Origin: an uncultured Candidatus Saccharibacteria bacterium
GTDB taxonomy: Bacteria > Patescibacteriota > Minisyncoccia > Phycocordibacterales > Zambryskibacteraceae
Length of the DNA: 57,676 nucleotides
Direction of reading: 5' to 3'
NCBI GenBank assembly: GCA_964608585.1
Contig: CAZSOL010000001.1
Location: 15,990 to 73,665 of the forward strand
Numbering within the stretch: the first letter of the stretch is position 1; each line of letters opens with the position of its first letter. A program made the position numbers and the translations under genes. Shown here in pieces: positions 8,328-16,423 of the stretch. Under the pieces are notes generated by a model, which did not search any database, had not been told where the DNA came from, and worked only from the letters and a program-made list of their open reading frames with translations.

Positions 8328-10755
8328 TCCGGAACACGACAAGATCATCTCCCGCTCCATCGTGAGCGAGATGAAGGACTCCTTCATTGACTATGCGATG
8401 TCGGTTATTACTGACCGCGCACTCCCTGATGTTCGTGATGGCCTAAAGCCTGTACACAGAAGGATCCTCTATGCGATGAACCAAATAGGTCTCTCGGCTA
8501 GTGCCAAGACTCGTAAGAGTGCAACCGTTGTCGGAGAAGTGCTTGGAAGTTACCACCCACACGGAGACACATCTGTATATGATGCAATGGTTAAGCTTGC
8601 CCAAGACTTTTCTACTCGTTATCCGCTTGTCATAGGACAGGGTAACTTCGGTTCTATAGATGGTGATGGAGCAGCGGCATACAGGTACACCGAAGCTAAG
8701 ATGAGCAAGCTTGCTGGTGAGCTTCTCCAAGATATTGAGAAGAACACTGTAGACTTCCGCCCCAATTATGATGGGACTAAGAAGGAGCCAGTAGTCTTGC
8801 CGAGTGCTGCTCCCAACCTTCTACTAAACGGAACTCTAGGTATTGCTGTGGGTATGGCGACCAACATTCCTCCCCACAACTTAAAGGAGGTTATAGGTGC
8901 TACGGTAATGCTTATAAACGACCCTGAGGCTACGACTGAAGATCTGCTTGAGTTTGTGAAGGGCCCCGACTTTCCCACTGGAGGAATTATTTATAATCAG
9001 AAGGACATTGCTCACGCATACGCCACAGGACGTGGAGGTATTCTTGTGCGAGGAGTATGTGAGATTGTAGAAGAGGGGAAGAACGGTAACCAGATCATCG
9101 TCACCGAGATACCTTACAGGGTCAACAAAGCCGATCTTATAGAGAAGATTGCTGACCTAGTACGAGAGAAGAAGATAGAGGGGATCAAGGGTCTTCGTGA
9201 TGAGTCCACCAAAGATATTCGTATTGCCATAGATCTAAAGCAAGGCAGTCAACCACAAAAGGTTCTAAACGCTCTCTACAAGCACACTCAACTTGAGGAC
9301 ACCTTCCACGTCAATCTTGTAGCTCTTGTAGACGGTGTACCACAGACGATGTCACTCAAGAGTATGCTTGAGAGCTTCGTTAAGCACCGTGAGGAGGTGG
9401 TGAAGAGGAGAAGTGCGTACGACTTAGCACAGGCCGAAGCTCGAGAGCACATCCTCCTCGGACTTAAGAAGGCATTAGACCATATAGACGAGATAGTGAG
9501 GCTCATCCGCGCTTCAAAGACGGTTGATGATGCACGAGCCGGACTTATGAAGACCTTCAAGTTCTCTGAGCTTCAGGCCAACGCGATACTTGAGATGCGT
9601 CTACAGAAGCTTGCGGGTCTTGAGAGGAAGAAGGTGGAGGATGAGCTTAAGGAGGTCCAAGCTCTTATAGATTATCTCAAGGATCTCTTGGGCTCACAGA
9701 AGAAGATTAGGAATTTGATAAAGGAAGAACTTCTAGAAGTAGAGAAGAAGTATGGAGATGACAGAAGGACCAAGGTTGTGAAGGGTGGAGTCAAGATCAT
9801 CTCGGTTGAAGATATGATCCCCGATGAAGAGCAAGCTCTTGTGCTCACAGCCGGTGGTTATATAAAGCGCACCGATCCTCATGAGTACAAGAGGCAGAAG
9901 CGTGGAGGAGTTGGAGTGGTAGACCTTGATACCAAGGAGGAAGACTTCGTGACCATTTTCCTCACGGCTTCTACTCACTCAGACCTACTCTTCTTTACCG
10001 ACAAGGGTAAGGCTTACCAGATCAAGATGTATGACATCCCAGAGGGCAAGCGCGCGACAAAGGGTAAGTCTATTATGAACTTCATCTCGCTCTCTGATGA
10101 TGAGAAGGTCACCTCCATACTCGCGATGCCTAAGGAGCTAAAGAACATAGAGGGCTCACTTGTCTTTGTTACAAAAGACGGACAGGGTAAGCGAGTTTCT
10201 GCTAAGAGCTTCTATGATGTACGGGCGAGTGGCATTATTGCTATAAGGTTAGACTCCGGGGATAAGCTTATTGCTGTAACTCATGCTGAGAAGGGCGACA
10301 CAGTCTCTCTCGTGACCAGAGAGGGTATGTCTATCCGCTTCAAGGACTCTGATATCCGTGAGATGGGGCGCACTGCTGGCGGAGTGAGAGCTATAAGTTT
10401 GGATAAGAGTGACGAAGTGATAGGAGCTCACGTTATCAAGAGCAAGTGGAAGGACTCATATCTACTTACGGTGTCTGCCAATGGTTATGGCAAGCGCACA
10501 GAACTTTCTGAGTATAAGGTTCAAGGCCGAGGTGGAAGCGGGATACTTACTTCTAAGGTAACAGACAAGACAGGCAAGGTCATGGCCAGTCAGATTGTTA
10601 CAGAAGAAGAGTCAGAGCTTGTAGCAATATCTAAGAAGAGTCAGGTCGTAAGAGTGGACTTAAACGAGATACCAGTACTAGGTCGTTCAACACAAGGTGT
10701 AAGGATAATGAAGTTAAGAGACGGAGACTCTCTGGCCTCACTTATTTGTCTCTAG
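8317..10755 (+). CDS. gyrA: DNA gyrase subunit A
   Basis: [43 protein letters not shown] (catalytic Tyr) and a C-terminal beta-pinwheel repeat region. I use the ATG at 8317 (MTNNPEHDK) rather than the track start at 8278. Confidence 0.95.
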   Translation: MTNNPEHDKIISRSIVSEMKDSFIDYAMSVITDRALPDVRDGLKPVHRRILYAMNQIGLSASAKTRKSATVVGEVLGSYHPHGDTSVYDAMVKLAQDFSTRYPLVIGQGNFGSIDGDGAAAYRYTEAKMSKLAGELLQDIEKNTVDFRPNYDGTKKEPVVLPSAAPNLLLNGTLGIAVGMATNIPPHNLKEVIGATVMLINDPEATTEDLLEFVKGPDFPTGGIIYNQKDIAHAYATGRGGILVRGVCEIVEEGKNGNQIIVTEIPYRVNKADLIEKIADLVREKKIEGIKGLRDESTKDIRIAIDLKQGSQPQKVLNALYKHTQLEDTFHVNLVALVDGVPQTMSLKSMLESFVKHREEVVKRRSAYDLAQAEAREHILLGLKKALDHIDEIVRLIRASKTVDDARAGLMKTFKFSELQANAILEMRLQKLAGLERKKVEDELKEVQALIDYLKDLLGSQKKIRNLIKEELLEVEKKYGDDRRTKVVKGGVKIISVEDMIPDEEQALVLTAGGYIKRTDPHEYKRQKRGGVGVVDLDTKEEDFVTIFLTASTHSDLLFFTDKGKAYQIKMYDIPEGKRATKGKSIMNFISLSDDEKVTSILAMPKELKNIEGSLVFVTKDGQGKRVSAKSFYDVRASGIIAIRLDSGDKLIAVTHAEKGDTVSLVTREGMSIRFKDSDIREMGRTAGGVRAISLDKSDEVIGAHVIKSKWKDSYLLTVSANGYGKRTELSEYKVQGRGGSGILTSKVTDKTGKVMASQIVTEEESELVAISKKSQVVRVDLNEIPVLGRSTQGVRIMKLRDGDSLASLICL

Positions 10756-10776
10756 AAGTTTTATATAAATGATGAA

Positions 10777-10832
10777 GGCCCCGACAACGCTGTGCGTTGT
10801 CGGGGCCCCTTTGCCTCACCTAAGTGAGGACT
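10777..10832. terminator. Two hairpins between convergent gyrA and the GC-rich gene
   Basis: GGCCCCGACAACGCtgtGCGTTGTCGGGGCC (10777-10807) and CCTCACctaaGTGAGG (10814-10829). Confidence 0.6.
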
Positions 10833-10863
10833 TGTTCATCCTGTGGAGCTCCGGCGTCGGATA

Positions 10864-11322
10864 CTAGACCCGAGCGCCGGCGAGGTTGTCACAGATGACG
10901 TCGTACCTCGTTGCATCGAGAGCGCGCTTGCCGTAGATCAAGTTGACCTCGGGCACCGTGCCCGTACTTCGCTTGAAGTTCGTGCCGATCGCGTCGTGCG
11001 TCGCATTGGTCATGTACGCCATCATCTGGCCGGCCTCGATCTTGTCGGGCAGGTCGATGGTGGCGTCGCCGCTCGAGTGGAGGGGCGTGCGACCGATCTT
11101 GGTGTTCGCCTGCGTGTTCGCGCCGAGGAAGTCGCCGATGGTGGCGAGGTTCTGGTCGGAGCGAGTCAGCGTCACGTCGGTGATCGCCGTCTTGCCGTTC
11201 GTCTGCAGCAGCTCGATGTTGTTCTCGTTCGTGTTCACGATGGGCGGGCTCATCGCATTCGCCGGCGGGGCGAGGGCGAGGAGTCCAGCGAGCATGAGGC
11301 TCAAACGGAGGCACTGACGCAT
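10864..11322 (-). CDS. GC-rich secreted hypothetical protein (152 aa)
   Basis: AAGGAG sits 5 nt before the ATG at 11322. Signal peptide MRQCLRLSLMLAGLLALAPPANA. Nearly every codon ends in G/C. Sampled lines are about 63% GC against about 45% in the flanks. Confidence 0.65.
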   Translation of the reverse strand: MRQCLRLSLMLAGLLALAPPANAMSPPIVNTNENNIELLQTNGKTAITDVTLTRSDQNLATIGDFLGANTQANTKIGRTPLHSSGDATIDLPDKIEAGQMMAYMTNATHDAIGTNFKRSTGTVPEVNLIYGKRALDATRYDVICDNLAGARV

Positions 11323-11390
11323 GCGTTCTCCTTGGACTTGAAGGTACATTGGTAGGAGGGTTGAGGATTTCTCAACCATTACCAATCTTA

Positions 11391-11419
11391 AGCATACACC
11401 CAAACACTGTATTTGTCAA
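11391..11419 (-). promoter_or_regulatory. Sigma-70-type promoter for the GC-rich gene
   Basis: Minus strand TTGACA-N17-TATGCT. It is followed by a ~70-nt leader with a long hairpin (ATTGGTA..GGTTGAGaaatcCTCAACC..TACCAAT). Confidence 0.55.
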
Positions 11420-11439
11420 GCTAATCCACATACGTTAAA

Positions 11440-11461
11440 GGCCCTAGCGTGTGCTAGGGCC
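11440..11461 (-). terminator. Hairpin after the 68-aa ORF
   Basis: GGCCCTAGCgtgtGCTAGGGCC, a 9-bp stem. The T-run on the minus strand is weak. Confidence 0.4.
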
Positions 11462-11472
11462 TGTTGCAGTTG

Positions 11473-11679
11473 TTAGTTCAAGCGGTAGAAGATGATCCTA
11501 CCACCCTCGAGGACGAAGCCATCTGCTTCATCGAACACGTGTTCGGGGGCGGTAATGTTGTGTGGATAGGAAGCTACCATCATCCATCGACTTTGTTCTG
11601 AGTCGACCTCGTTTCGAGAGATGGCGCGAAGGTGACGCGTACCAGTGGCGGAATCCCGGATTTCCGTCGGAACACACAT
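11473..11679 (-). CDS. Hypothetical 68-aa protein
   Basis: The ORF is preceded by a clean promoter and an AAAGGAAAG purine tract. No recognisable domain. Confidence 0.4.
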   Translation of the reverse strand: MCVPTEIRDSATGTRHLRAISRNEVDSEQSRWMMVASYPHNITAPEHVFDEADGFVLEGGRIIFYRLN

Positions 11680-11742
11680 CTTATCGTCTTTCCTTTTTCT
11701 TGAAGGTTTTAAACTGTACTGCTGGGGAACTGCCTACCCTTA

Positions 11743-11771
11743 ATACTAACCCATTCGTAATTAAATGTCAA
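11743..11771 (-). promoter_or_regulatory. Sigma-70-type promoter (minus strand)
   Basis: TTGACA-N17-TAGTAT on the minus strand. Confidence 0.55.
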
Positions 11772-11802
11772 ATTAGAGTATTCTTCGTGTATAATGTTAC
11801 CT

Positions 11803-12345
11803 ATGTTTACTGATCCGAAGAAGAATGTTTTGGAGTTCGGCTTTATCCCTGGGCAGAAAGTTGTTGATCTTGGTAGCGGTTCTGGCCACTACTCTTCGGC
11901 CCTCTCCCAAGTCTTAGGCTCTACTGGTAAGGTGGTAGCCGTAGACCTGGACAAAGAACTTCTAGTAAAGCTTAAGAACGAGCTTACAGGTACTACTCGT
12001 GACAATATTGAGATTCTAAATGGGGATGTGGAGAAAGTTGGTGGCACCAAGCTCCGTGACTCTTATGCTGATGGAGTAGTCTTCTCCAATATCTTGTATC
12101 AGCTTAGTGATATACCAAGCACCTTAGAGGAGGCTAAGAGGATTTTGAAGTCTGGTGGTAAGGCTTGTGTAGTTGAGTGGAGAGATCTCAAATTCCTAAC
12201 AGGAGTAAAGGCTCAGAACAACAAGCATGCAGTGCCCGAGGTTGATGTGAAGAGCTTCTTTGAGAAGGCGGGCTTCGTCTTTGAGAGAAGTTTCTTCGCT
12301 GGGGAGAGTCATTATGGTTTAATCTTTAAGAAACCTCTACAATAG
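11803..12345 (+). CDS. Class I SAM-dependent methyltransferase
   Basis: Motif I VVDLGSGSGHYS and post-I VVAVDLD. I prefer the ATG at 11803, which lies 7 nt after TATAAT (11790-11795). The track ATG at 11794 lies inside that -10 box. Confidence 0.8.
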   Translation: MFTDPKKNVLEFGFIPGQKVVDLGSGSGHYSSALSQVLGSTGKVVAVDLDKELLVKLKNELTGTTRDNIEILNGDVEKVGGTKLRDSYADGVVFSNILYQLSDIPSTLEEAKRILKSGGKACVVEWRDLKFLTGVKAQNNKHAVPEVDVKSFFEKAGFVFERSFFAGESHYGLIFKKPLQ

Positions 12346-12352
12346 TAAGCAA

Positions 12353-13636
12353 ATGTCCAAATTTCAGATAGTTCTTCTGGTTGTCTTTGGGGCCTTCATT
12401 GTCTTGGCGGTTGTCCTCTTCTCTCAGAGCCGTGGAGGCAGTGGCTCACAGGTAAACCTAACTGTCTGGGGTACTTTACCAAGCTACGACTTCAACAACA
12501 TGTTGAATGCCAGTGGTTTGGTACAAAACGAGTTTATCTCCTTTACCTACGAGGAGAAGAACTCTCTCACCATTGGGGAGGAGTTTACCGAGGCTCTAGC
12601 TGTCGGTGGAGGACCTGATCTCATTATCCTTTCTGCAGACTCTGTACTAAAGGAGAAGGAAAAACTCTTGCTTATACCAAGCGACAGTGTCAGGCAGGCC
12701 GACTTCTCCAATGTTTTTATCAAGCAGGGAGAGTTGTTTGTGACGAGTCTTGGAGCTTACGCTCTTCCTATGTACGTAGATCCGATGGTCTTGTATTGGA
12801 ACAGAGACACTTTAGCCAAGGCCTCTCTTGCGGTGCCTCCTATGTATTGGGACCAGATATACTCCTTCATCACCAAGCTTAACGCTAAGGATGGAGCAGG
12901 AAATATAACCCAGTCTGCCCTAGCCTTAGGTGAGGCAAGGAACATCCCTCATGCTAAGGACATCCTAGCTCTCTTGATGCTACAAGCTGGTACTCCTATT
13001 ACGAATTACTCCGGCGACAGACTCCGCTCGTCACTTCTTGAGGGAGTGGGTGGGGCACAACTTCCAGCTGTAGCCGCTCTTGAGTTCTATACACAATTTG
13101 CTAACCCACAGAAGTCTTACTACTCTTGGAACCGCTCTCAAGTATCGGCTGATACACACTTCACCAGTGGTAAGTCTGCGATGTACTTAGGCTTTGCTAG
13201 TGAGCTTCCAACACTTAAGGCCAAGAACCCAACTATGGATATAGGCATAGCTCCAGTACCTCAGTCCAGAGCCTCTGGCAAGAGTATTACTGTGGGCAGG
13301 CTATACGGCGTGGCTATAGCAAGGAGTACAAGGAATGCCGAGAACGCTCTTGGAGGAGCTCTTACCTTGGTCTCTAAGAGTACCAACCTAGCCTTGTCGC
13401 AGGTGTCATCTCTTGTACCAGTAAGGAGGGACATCCTCTCTGAGCCTCCTACAGATCCTGCGGGCTTCACCTTCTACGGAGCAGCACTTCAGTCTACGGG
13501 TTGGCTTGACCCAGAGCCGTCAGGGTCAAAGCAGATCTTCGTGGAGATGATAGAGTCTGTCACCTCGGGCAGGGCTAGAGTGGAGGAGGCCGTAAACACT
13601 GCAAGTGGAGCTCTTAATACTCTTATAGAGAAATGA
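12353..13636 (+). CDS. Membrane-anchored extracellular solute-binding protein (family 1-like) with no ABC partner in the window
   Basis: 427 aa with an N-terminal TM segment. Contains LTVWGTL, GGGPDLIIL, YALPMYVDPMVLYWNRD and PPMYWDQI, typical of sugar-type SBPs. Confidence 0.75.
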   Translation: MSKFQIVLLVVFGAFIVLAVVLFSQSRGGSGSQVNLTVWGTLPSYDFNNMLNASGLVQNEFISFTYEEKNSLTIGEEFTEALAVGGGPDLIILSADSVLKEKEKLLLIPSDSVRQADFSNVFIKQGELFVTSLGAYALPMYVDPMVLYWNRDTLAKASLAVPPMYWDQIYSFITKLNAKDGAGNITQSALALGEARNIPHAKDILALLMLQAGTPITNYSGDRLRSSLLEGVGGAQLPAVAALEFYTQFANPQKSYYSWNRSQVSADTHFTSGKSAMYLGFASELPTLKAKNPTMDIGIAPVPQSRASGKSITVGRLYGVAIARSTRNAENALGGALTLVSKSTNLALSQVSSLVPVRRDILSEPPTDPAGFTFYGAALQSTGWLDPEPSGSKQIFVEMIESVTSGRARVEEAVNTASGALNTLIEK

Positions 13637-13956
13637 TGAACCTAGCTCAAGCTTGGCAAGATCTAATAGTTTGCAATGGTCCAGATTGTGACTTTGAGGA
13701 TCTTATAGAGTTGGTGGGAGTGATAATGAACAACCTTATCGTAGTGGCGATAGTGGCCTCTACCATTGCCTTTGTTTGGGTAGGCTTCACCTTACTTACT
13801 TCGCAGGGTGACCCAGGAGCCTTGAAGAAGGCTAAAGACATTGGGATGAAGGTGGTTTGGGGGTTAGTCTTTGTACTCGCAGGGTGGCTTATCGTTTATA
13901 CTATTAGTAGTGTGCTTTTGAACGACGGCTTCTCCTTACTAAGAAGGATCCAATGA
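13633..13956 (+). CDS. VirB2/TrbC-like small 2-TM pilin-like protein, paralogue 1
   Basis: 107 aa: TM1 (IVVAIVASTIAFVWVGFTLL), loop SQGDPGALKKAK, TM2 (VVWGLVFVLAGWLIVY). ATGA overlap with the SBP stop. Confidence 0.7.
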   Translation: MMNLAQAWQDLIVCNGPDCDFEDLIELVGVIMNNLIVVAIVASTIAFVWVGFTLLTSQGDPGALKKAKDIGMKVVWGLVFVLAGWLIVYTISSVLLNDGFSLLRRIQ

Positions 13957-14375
13957 TGAAAAAATTTTATACACATCTCTCTGCCTTTCTTCTTGTCTTT
14001 GCTTTGGGAGTTACTTTGGTGAGTGCACAAACTAGTCAGACGCCAAATGTTCCAACTAGTCAGACGCCAAATGTTCCTATAAGCACTTCTATACCCAACC
14101 CCTTCAACTGTGGTGGGGCTGGAGGAGGTTGTAACCTCATCACCTTTATCAATGTCGTTGTAGACAGAGTGGTTTTGCCTATAGGAGGTATAGTGGCAGT
14201 ACTCGCCTTCATCTGGTCGGGCTTTATGTTCGTCACTGCTCAGGGCGATGAGAAGAAGATAGAGCAAGCTCGCACAGCACTTCTCTATACAGCAGTTGGT
14301 ACAGCTATTCTTCTTGGGGCTCGGGTACTTACTGGGGTGCTTGAGAATACTATTAACTCTATAAGATCCTCATAA
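13953..14375 (+). CDS. VirB2/TrbC-like pilin-like protein, paralogue 2
   Basis: 140 aa. Signal peptide ...LVSAQ, a TSQTPNVP x2 repeat and a Cys pair (NCGGAGGGCN). Then TM1, AQGDEKKIEQAR and TM2. ATGA overlap with paralogue 1. Confidence 0.7.
   Translation: MMKKFYTHLSAFLLVFALGVTLVSAQTSQTPNVPTSQTPNVPISTSIPNPFNCGGAGGGCNLITFINVVVDRVVLPIGGIVAVLAFIWSGFMFVTAQGDEKKIEQARTALLYTAVGTAILLGARVLTGVLENTINSIRSS
14031..14078 (+). repeat. Tandem 24-nt duplication inside paralogue 2
   Basis: actagtcagacgccaaatgttcca followed by actagtcagacgccaaatgttcct (23/24 identical). It encodes TSQTPNVP twice. Confidence 0.9.
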
Positions 14376-14656
14376 TGCCAGATAATTTATCAGATCTTGT
14401 AGTTATCTTCTTAAGGATTATAAGCTTGCTTGTTACGCTGGTTTTTGCTCTGTCTGTTCTAGTTTTCTTTAGAGGGTTGGCCAAATTTATTTTAAACGCG
14501 GGTGACTCTAAGTCTCATGAGGAAGGGAAGCAGCTTATCATCTGGGGCCTTATATCTTTGTTTGTGATGGTGTCTATTTGGGGGATACTCAGATTCATAT
14601 ATAATGATTTGGGGCTGAGCTCTTCTGGATTTGGTCTACCCCTTCTACCAACTTGA
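14375..14656 (+). CDS. VirB2/TrbC-like pilin-like protein, paralogue 3
   Basis: 93 aa: FFRGLAKFILNAGDSKSHEEGKQLIIWGLISLFVMVSIWG. TAATG overlap with paralogue 2. Confidence 0.7.
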   Translation: MPDNLSDLVVIFLRIISLLVTLVFALSVLVFFRGLAKFILNAGDSKSHEEGKQLIIWGLISLFVMVSIWGILRFIYNDLGLSSSGFGLPLLPT

Positions 14657-14663
14657 TAAAAAT

Positions 14664-15011
14664 ATGAAAAAATACACAACACTATTTGCAGTATCAACTC
14701 TAGTATTACCGTTTGTCGCTTCAGCTCAACTTACTCGCACAGAAGATCTTATTCTTGCTGTTATGAATATTGTTGATTTTCTAATTATTCTGGTGGCCGC
14801 TATATCTCTACTGGCCTTTATGTGGGGTTTGGCCAAGTTTATCTTTAAGGTTGGGGGAGATGAGGGGGCTATTGAGGAAGGAAAGAATCTAATGAAGTGG
14901 GGTCTTATAGCTCTATTCGTGATGCTCTCTGTTTGGGGGATAATTAGGTTCTTCCAAGGTGAGCTGGGTTTGACCGAAAACTCTCCAATAGATATTACGA
15001 ATCTTATTTGA
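14664..15011 (+). CDS. VirB2/TrbC-like pilin-like protein, paralogue 4
   Basis: The ATG at 14664 gives MKKYTTLFAVSTLVLPFVASAQ (signal peptide), then FMWGLAKFIFKVGGDEGAIEEGKNLMKWGLIALFVMLSVWG. Confidence 0.7.
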   Translation: MKKYTTLFAVSTLVLPFVASAQLTRTEDLILAVMNIVDFLIILVAAISLLAFMWGLAKFIFKVGGDEGAIEEGKNLMKWGLIALFVMLSVWGIIRFFQGELGLTENSPIDITNLI

Positions 15012-15102
15012 GGATAGCCTGCTTGTTATTGCTTGGTACTCTTGTATCATTAAGCTATACCAAAAGGTATATTACAAATAATCTTTCAAGCTTAAAGCTT
15101 TC

Positions 15103-15447
15103 ATGAAAAAGTTACTTTACACCACTCTAGCTCTAGCCCCAGGGCTTGCCTTCGCTCAAACTCTAGGGAACGTCAACACCCTTCTAAACTCAATTAGAGG
15201 TCTTGTTAACGGAGCTCTACCTGTGGTTGTTGGTCTTGCGCTTCTTGGTTTCTTCTGGGGATTGATGAAGTTCATCTTCGCTGCAGGAGACGAGGAGAAG
15301 AAGGAGGAGGGTAAGAGAGTGATGATCTACGGAGTTATAGCCCTCTTCGTTATGGTGGCTGTTTGGGGTCTAGTAGGCTTCATCGCAAGCGCGCTCAACG
15401 TGCAGACTGGTGGTAGTGTCAACCTTCCTTCTGTATCAGGACTCTAA
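15103..15447 (+). CDS. VirB2/TrbC-like pilin-like protein, paralogue 5
   Basis: 114 aa. Signal peptide ...GLAFAQ, then FFWGLMKFIFAAGDEEKKEEGKRVMIYGVIALFVMVAVWG. Confidence 0.7.
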   Translation: MKKLLYTTLALAPGLAFAQTLGNVNTLLNSIRGLVNGALPVVVGLALLGFFWGLMKFIFAAGDEEKKEEGKRVMIYGVIALFVMVAVWGLVGFIASALNVQTGGSVNLPSVSGL

Positions 15448-15458
15448 GATTGTCTTAG

Positions 15459-15719
15459 ATGGATACGTTCCTAAGATCTGTTAGTGCTAATATCTTAAAT
15501 CCGCTGATTGTTCTTGTCTTCGCGATAGCTTTCCTCGTGTTCTTCTACGGAATCTTTCAGTTTGTCTCTAAGGCAGGGGAAAGTAGTGAGCGTGAGTCGG
15601 GGAAGAAGAAGATCATTTACGGTCTTATAGGGATGTTTGTTATGTTCTCTGCTTATGGGCTTATCAGGATAGTCTTGGGGACCTTTGGGGTAAGTCCTCC
15701 GCAGTACATAAATAGGTAG
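15459..15719 (+). CDS. VirB2/TrbC-like pilin-like protein, paralogue 6
   Basis: 86 aa: FFYGIFQFVSKAGESSERESGKKKIIYGLIGMFVMFSAYG. Confidence 0.7.
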   Translation: MDTFLRSVSANILNPLIVLVFAIAFLVFFYGIFQFVSKAGESSERESGKKKIIYGLIGMFVMFSAYGLIRIVLGTFGVSPPQYINR

Positions 15720-15732
15720 TATAGAAAAGAAA

Positions 15733-15768
15733 GAAGCCCCTGCAACTTGCAGGGGCTTCGAGTTTTCC
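15733..15768. terminator. Bidirectional rho-independent terminator
   Basis: GAAGCCCCTGCaacttGCAGGGGCTTC (11-bp stem) with T-rich tracts on both strands. Confidence 0.8.
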
Positions 15769-15775
15769 TTTCACC

Positions 15776-16300
15776 TTAACAAACTATCTTGTGAAGACGG
15801 AAGGCGATATGAACGCTGTCTGCTCCACTCTTGACTCGGTTGGTCTCGATGAGGAGAGGACCAGAGCGAGAAAGCTCTCTCTCGAGTTTGTCTTCCTCGG
15901 TCCACTTCTGCAGATTCCATCCTTGGGGGATGGTGTCAACAGTTGGAGCGTCAGCTCGAGCGGTCTTGGTGTAATCTACACTCGATCTCTCTTCTTCTAC
16001 TTTACAGCTGTAGGAGGGTTCATTTCTCCTTTCACCAAAGGCGATGATGGCATCGAAGGCTGGGTTGGCCTTCTGCCAAACCCAAGGAATTCCGAAGAAG
16101 ACGAGGAGCAGCCCAACAGCGATCCCAACAGGCCACTTCCAGAGCTTCTTGTTCTTGAAGAAGCTGGGTATCTTGCTCGGTATCATGTTTCCCAAGTTAA
16201 TGATTCGCAACTTGGGGGTCCATGATGTGAGGTTCATCACCAATGTGTAGGATATGACGAGGAGGAAAGCGATGACTATCAAGTAGTTGTACCACAGCAT
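15776..16300 (-). CDS. Hypothetical 2-TM membrane protein
   Basis: I prefer the ATG at 16300 (MLWYNYLIVIAF...), which has GGAGG 5 nt upstream. Two TM segments are followed by a charged soluble tail. Confidence 0.55.
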   Translation of the reverse strand: MLWYNYLIVIAFLLVISYTLVMNLTSWTPKLRIINLGNMIPSKIPSFFKNKKLWKWPVGIAVGLLLVFFGIPWVWQKANPAFDAIIAFGERRNEPSYSCKVEEERSSVDYTKTARADAPTVDTIPQGWNLQKWTEEDKLERELSRSGPLLIETNRVKSGADSVHIAFRLHKIVC

Positions 16301-16347
16301 GGGCACCTCCGGCTTTAGCGTAAGGTTCAGTCTTTCTCTCTCCTCAT

Positions 16348-16375
16348 TATATACATAAAATATACGTTTTGTCAA
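16348..16375 (-). promoter_or_regulatory. Sigma-70-type promoter (minus strand)
   Basis: TTGACA-N16-TATATA on the minus strand, immediately after the SPFH terminator. Confidence 0.5.
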
Positions 16376-16380
16376 GTATG

Positions 16381-16409
16381 AAAAAGGCCAACCGATGTTT
16401 TGGTTGGCC
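16381..16409 (-). terminator. Rho-independent terminator after the SPFH gene
   Basis: The minus strand reads GGCCAACCaaaacatcGGTTGGCC followed by TTTTT. Confidence 0.75.
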
Positions 16410-16423
16410 TGCACTTCTCATTA

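Noticed and set aside
10843-11403. Long overlapping ORFs in the ORF track across the first GC-rich island: 10843-11355 (+), 10889-11314 (-), 10943-11317 (+), and the N-terminal extension of the minus-strand ORF to 11403.
   Set aside because: They are artefacts of stop-codon scarcity in GC-rich DNA. Only the minus-strand frame starting at 11322 has an SD, a signal peptide and a promoter. The others are Arg/Pro/Gly-rich with no start context.
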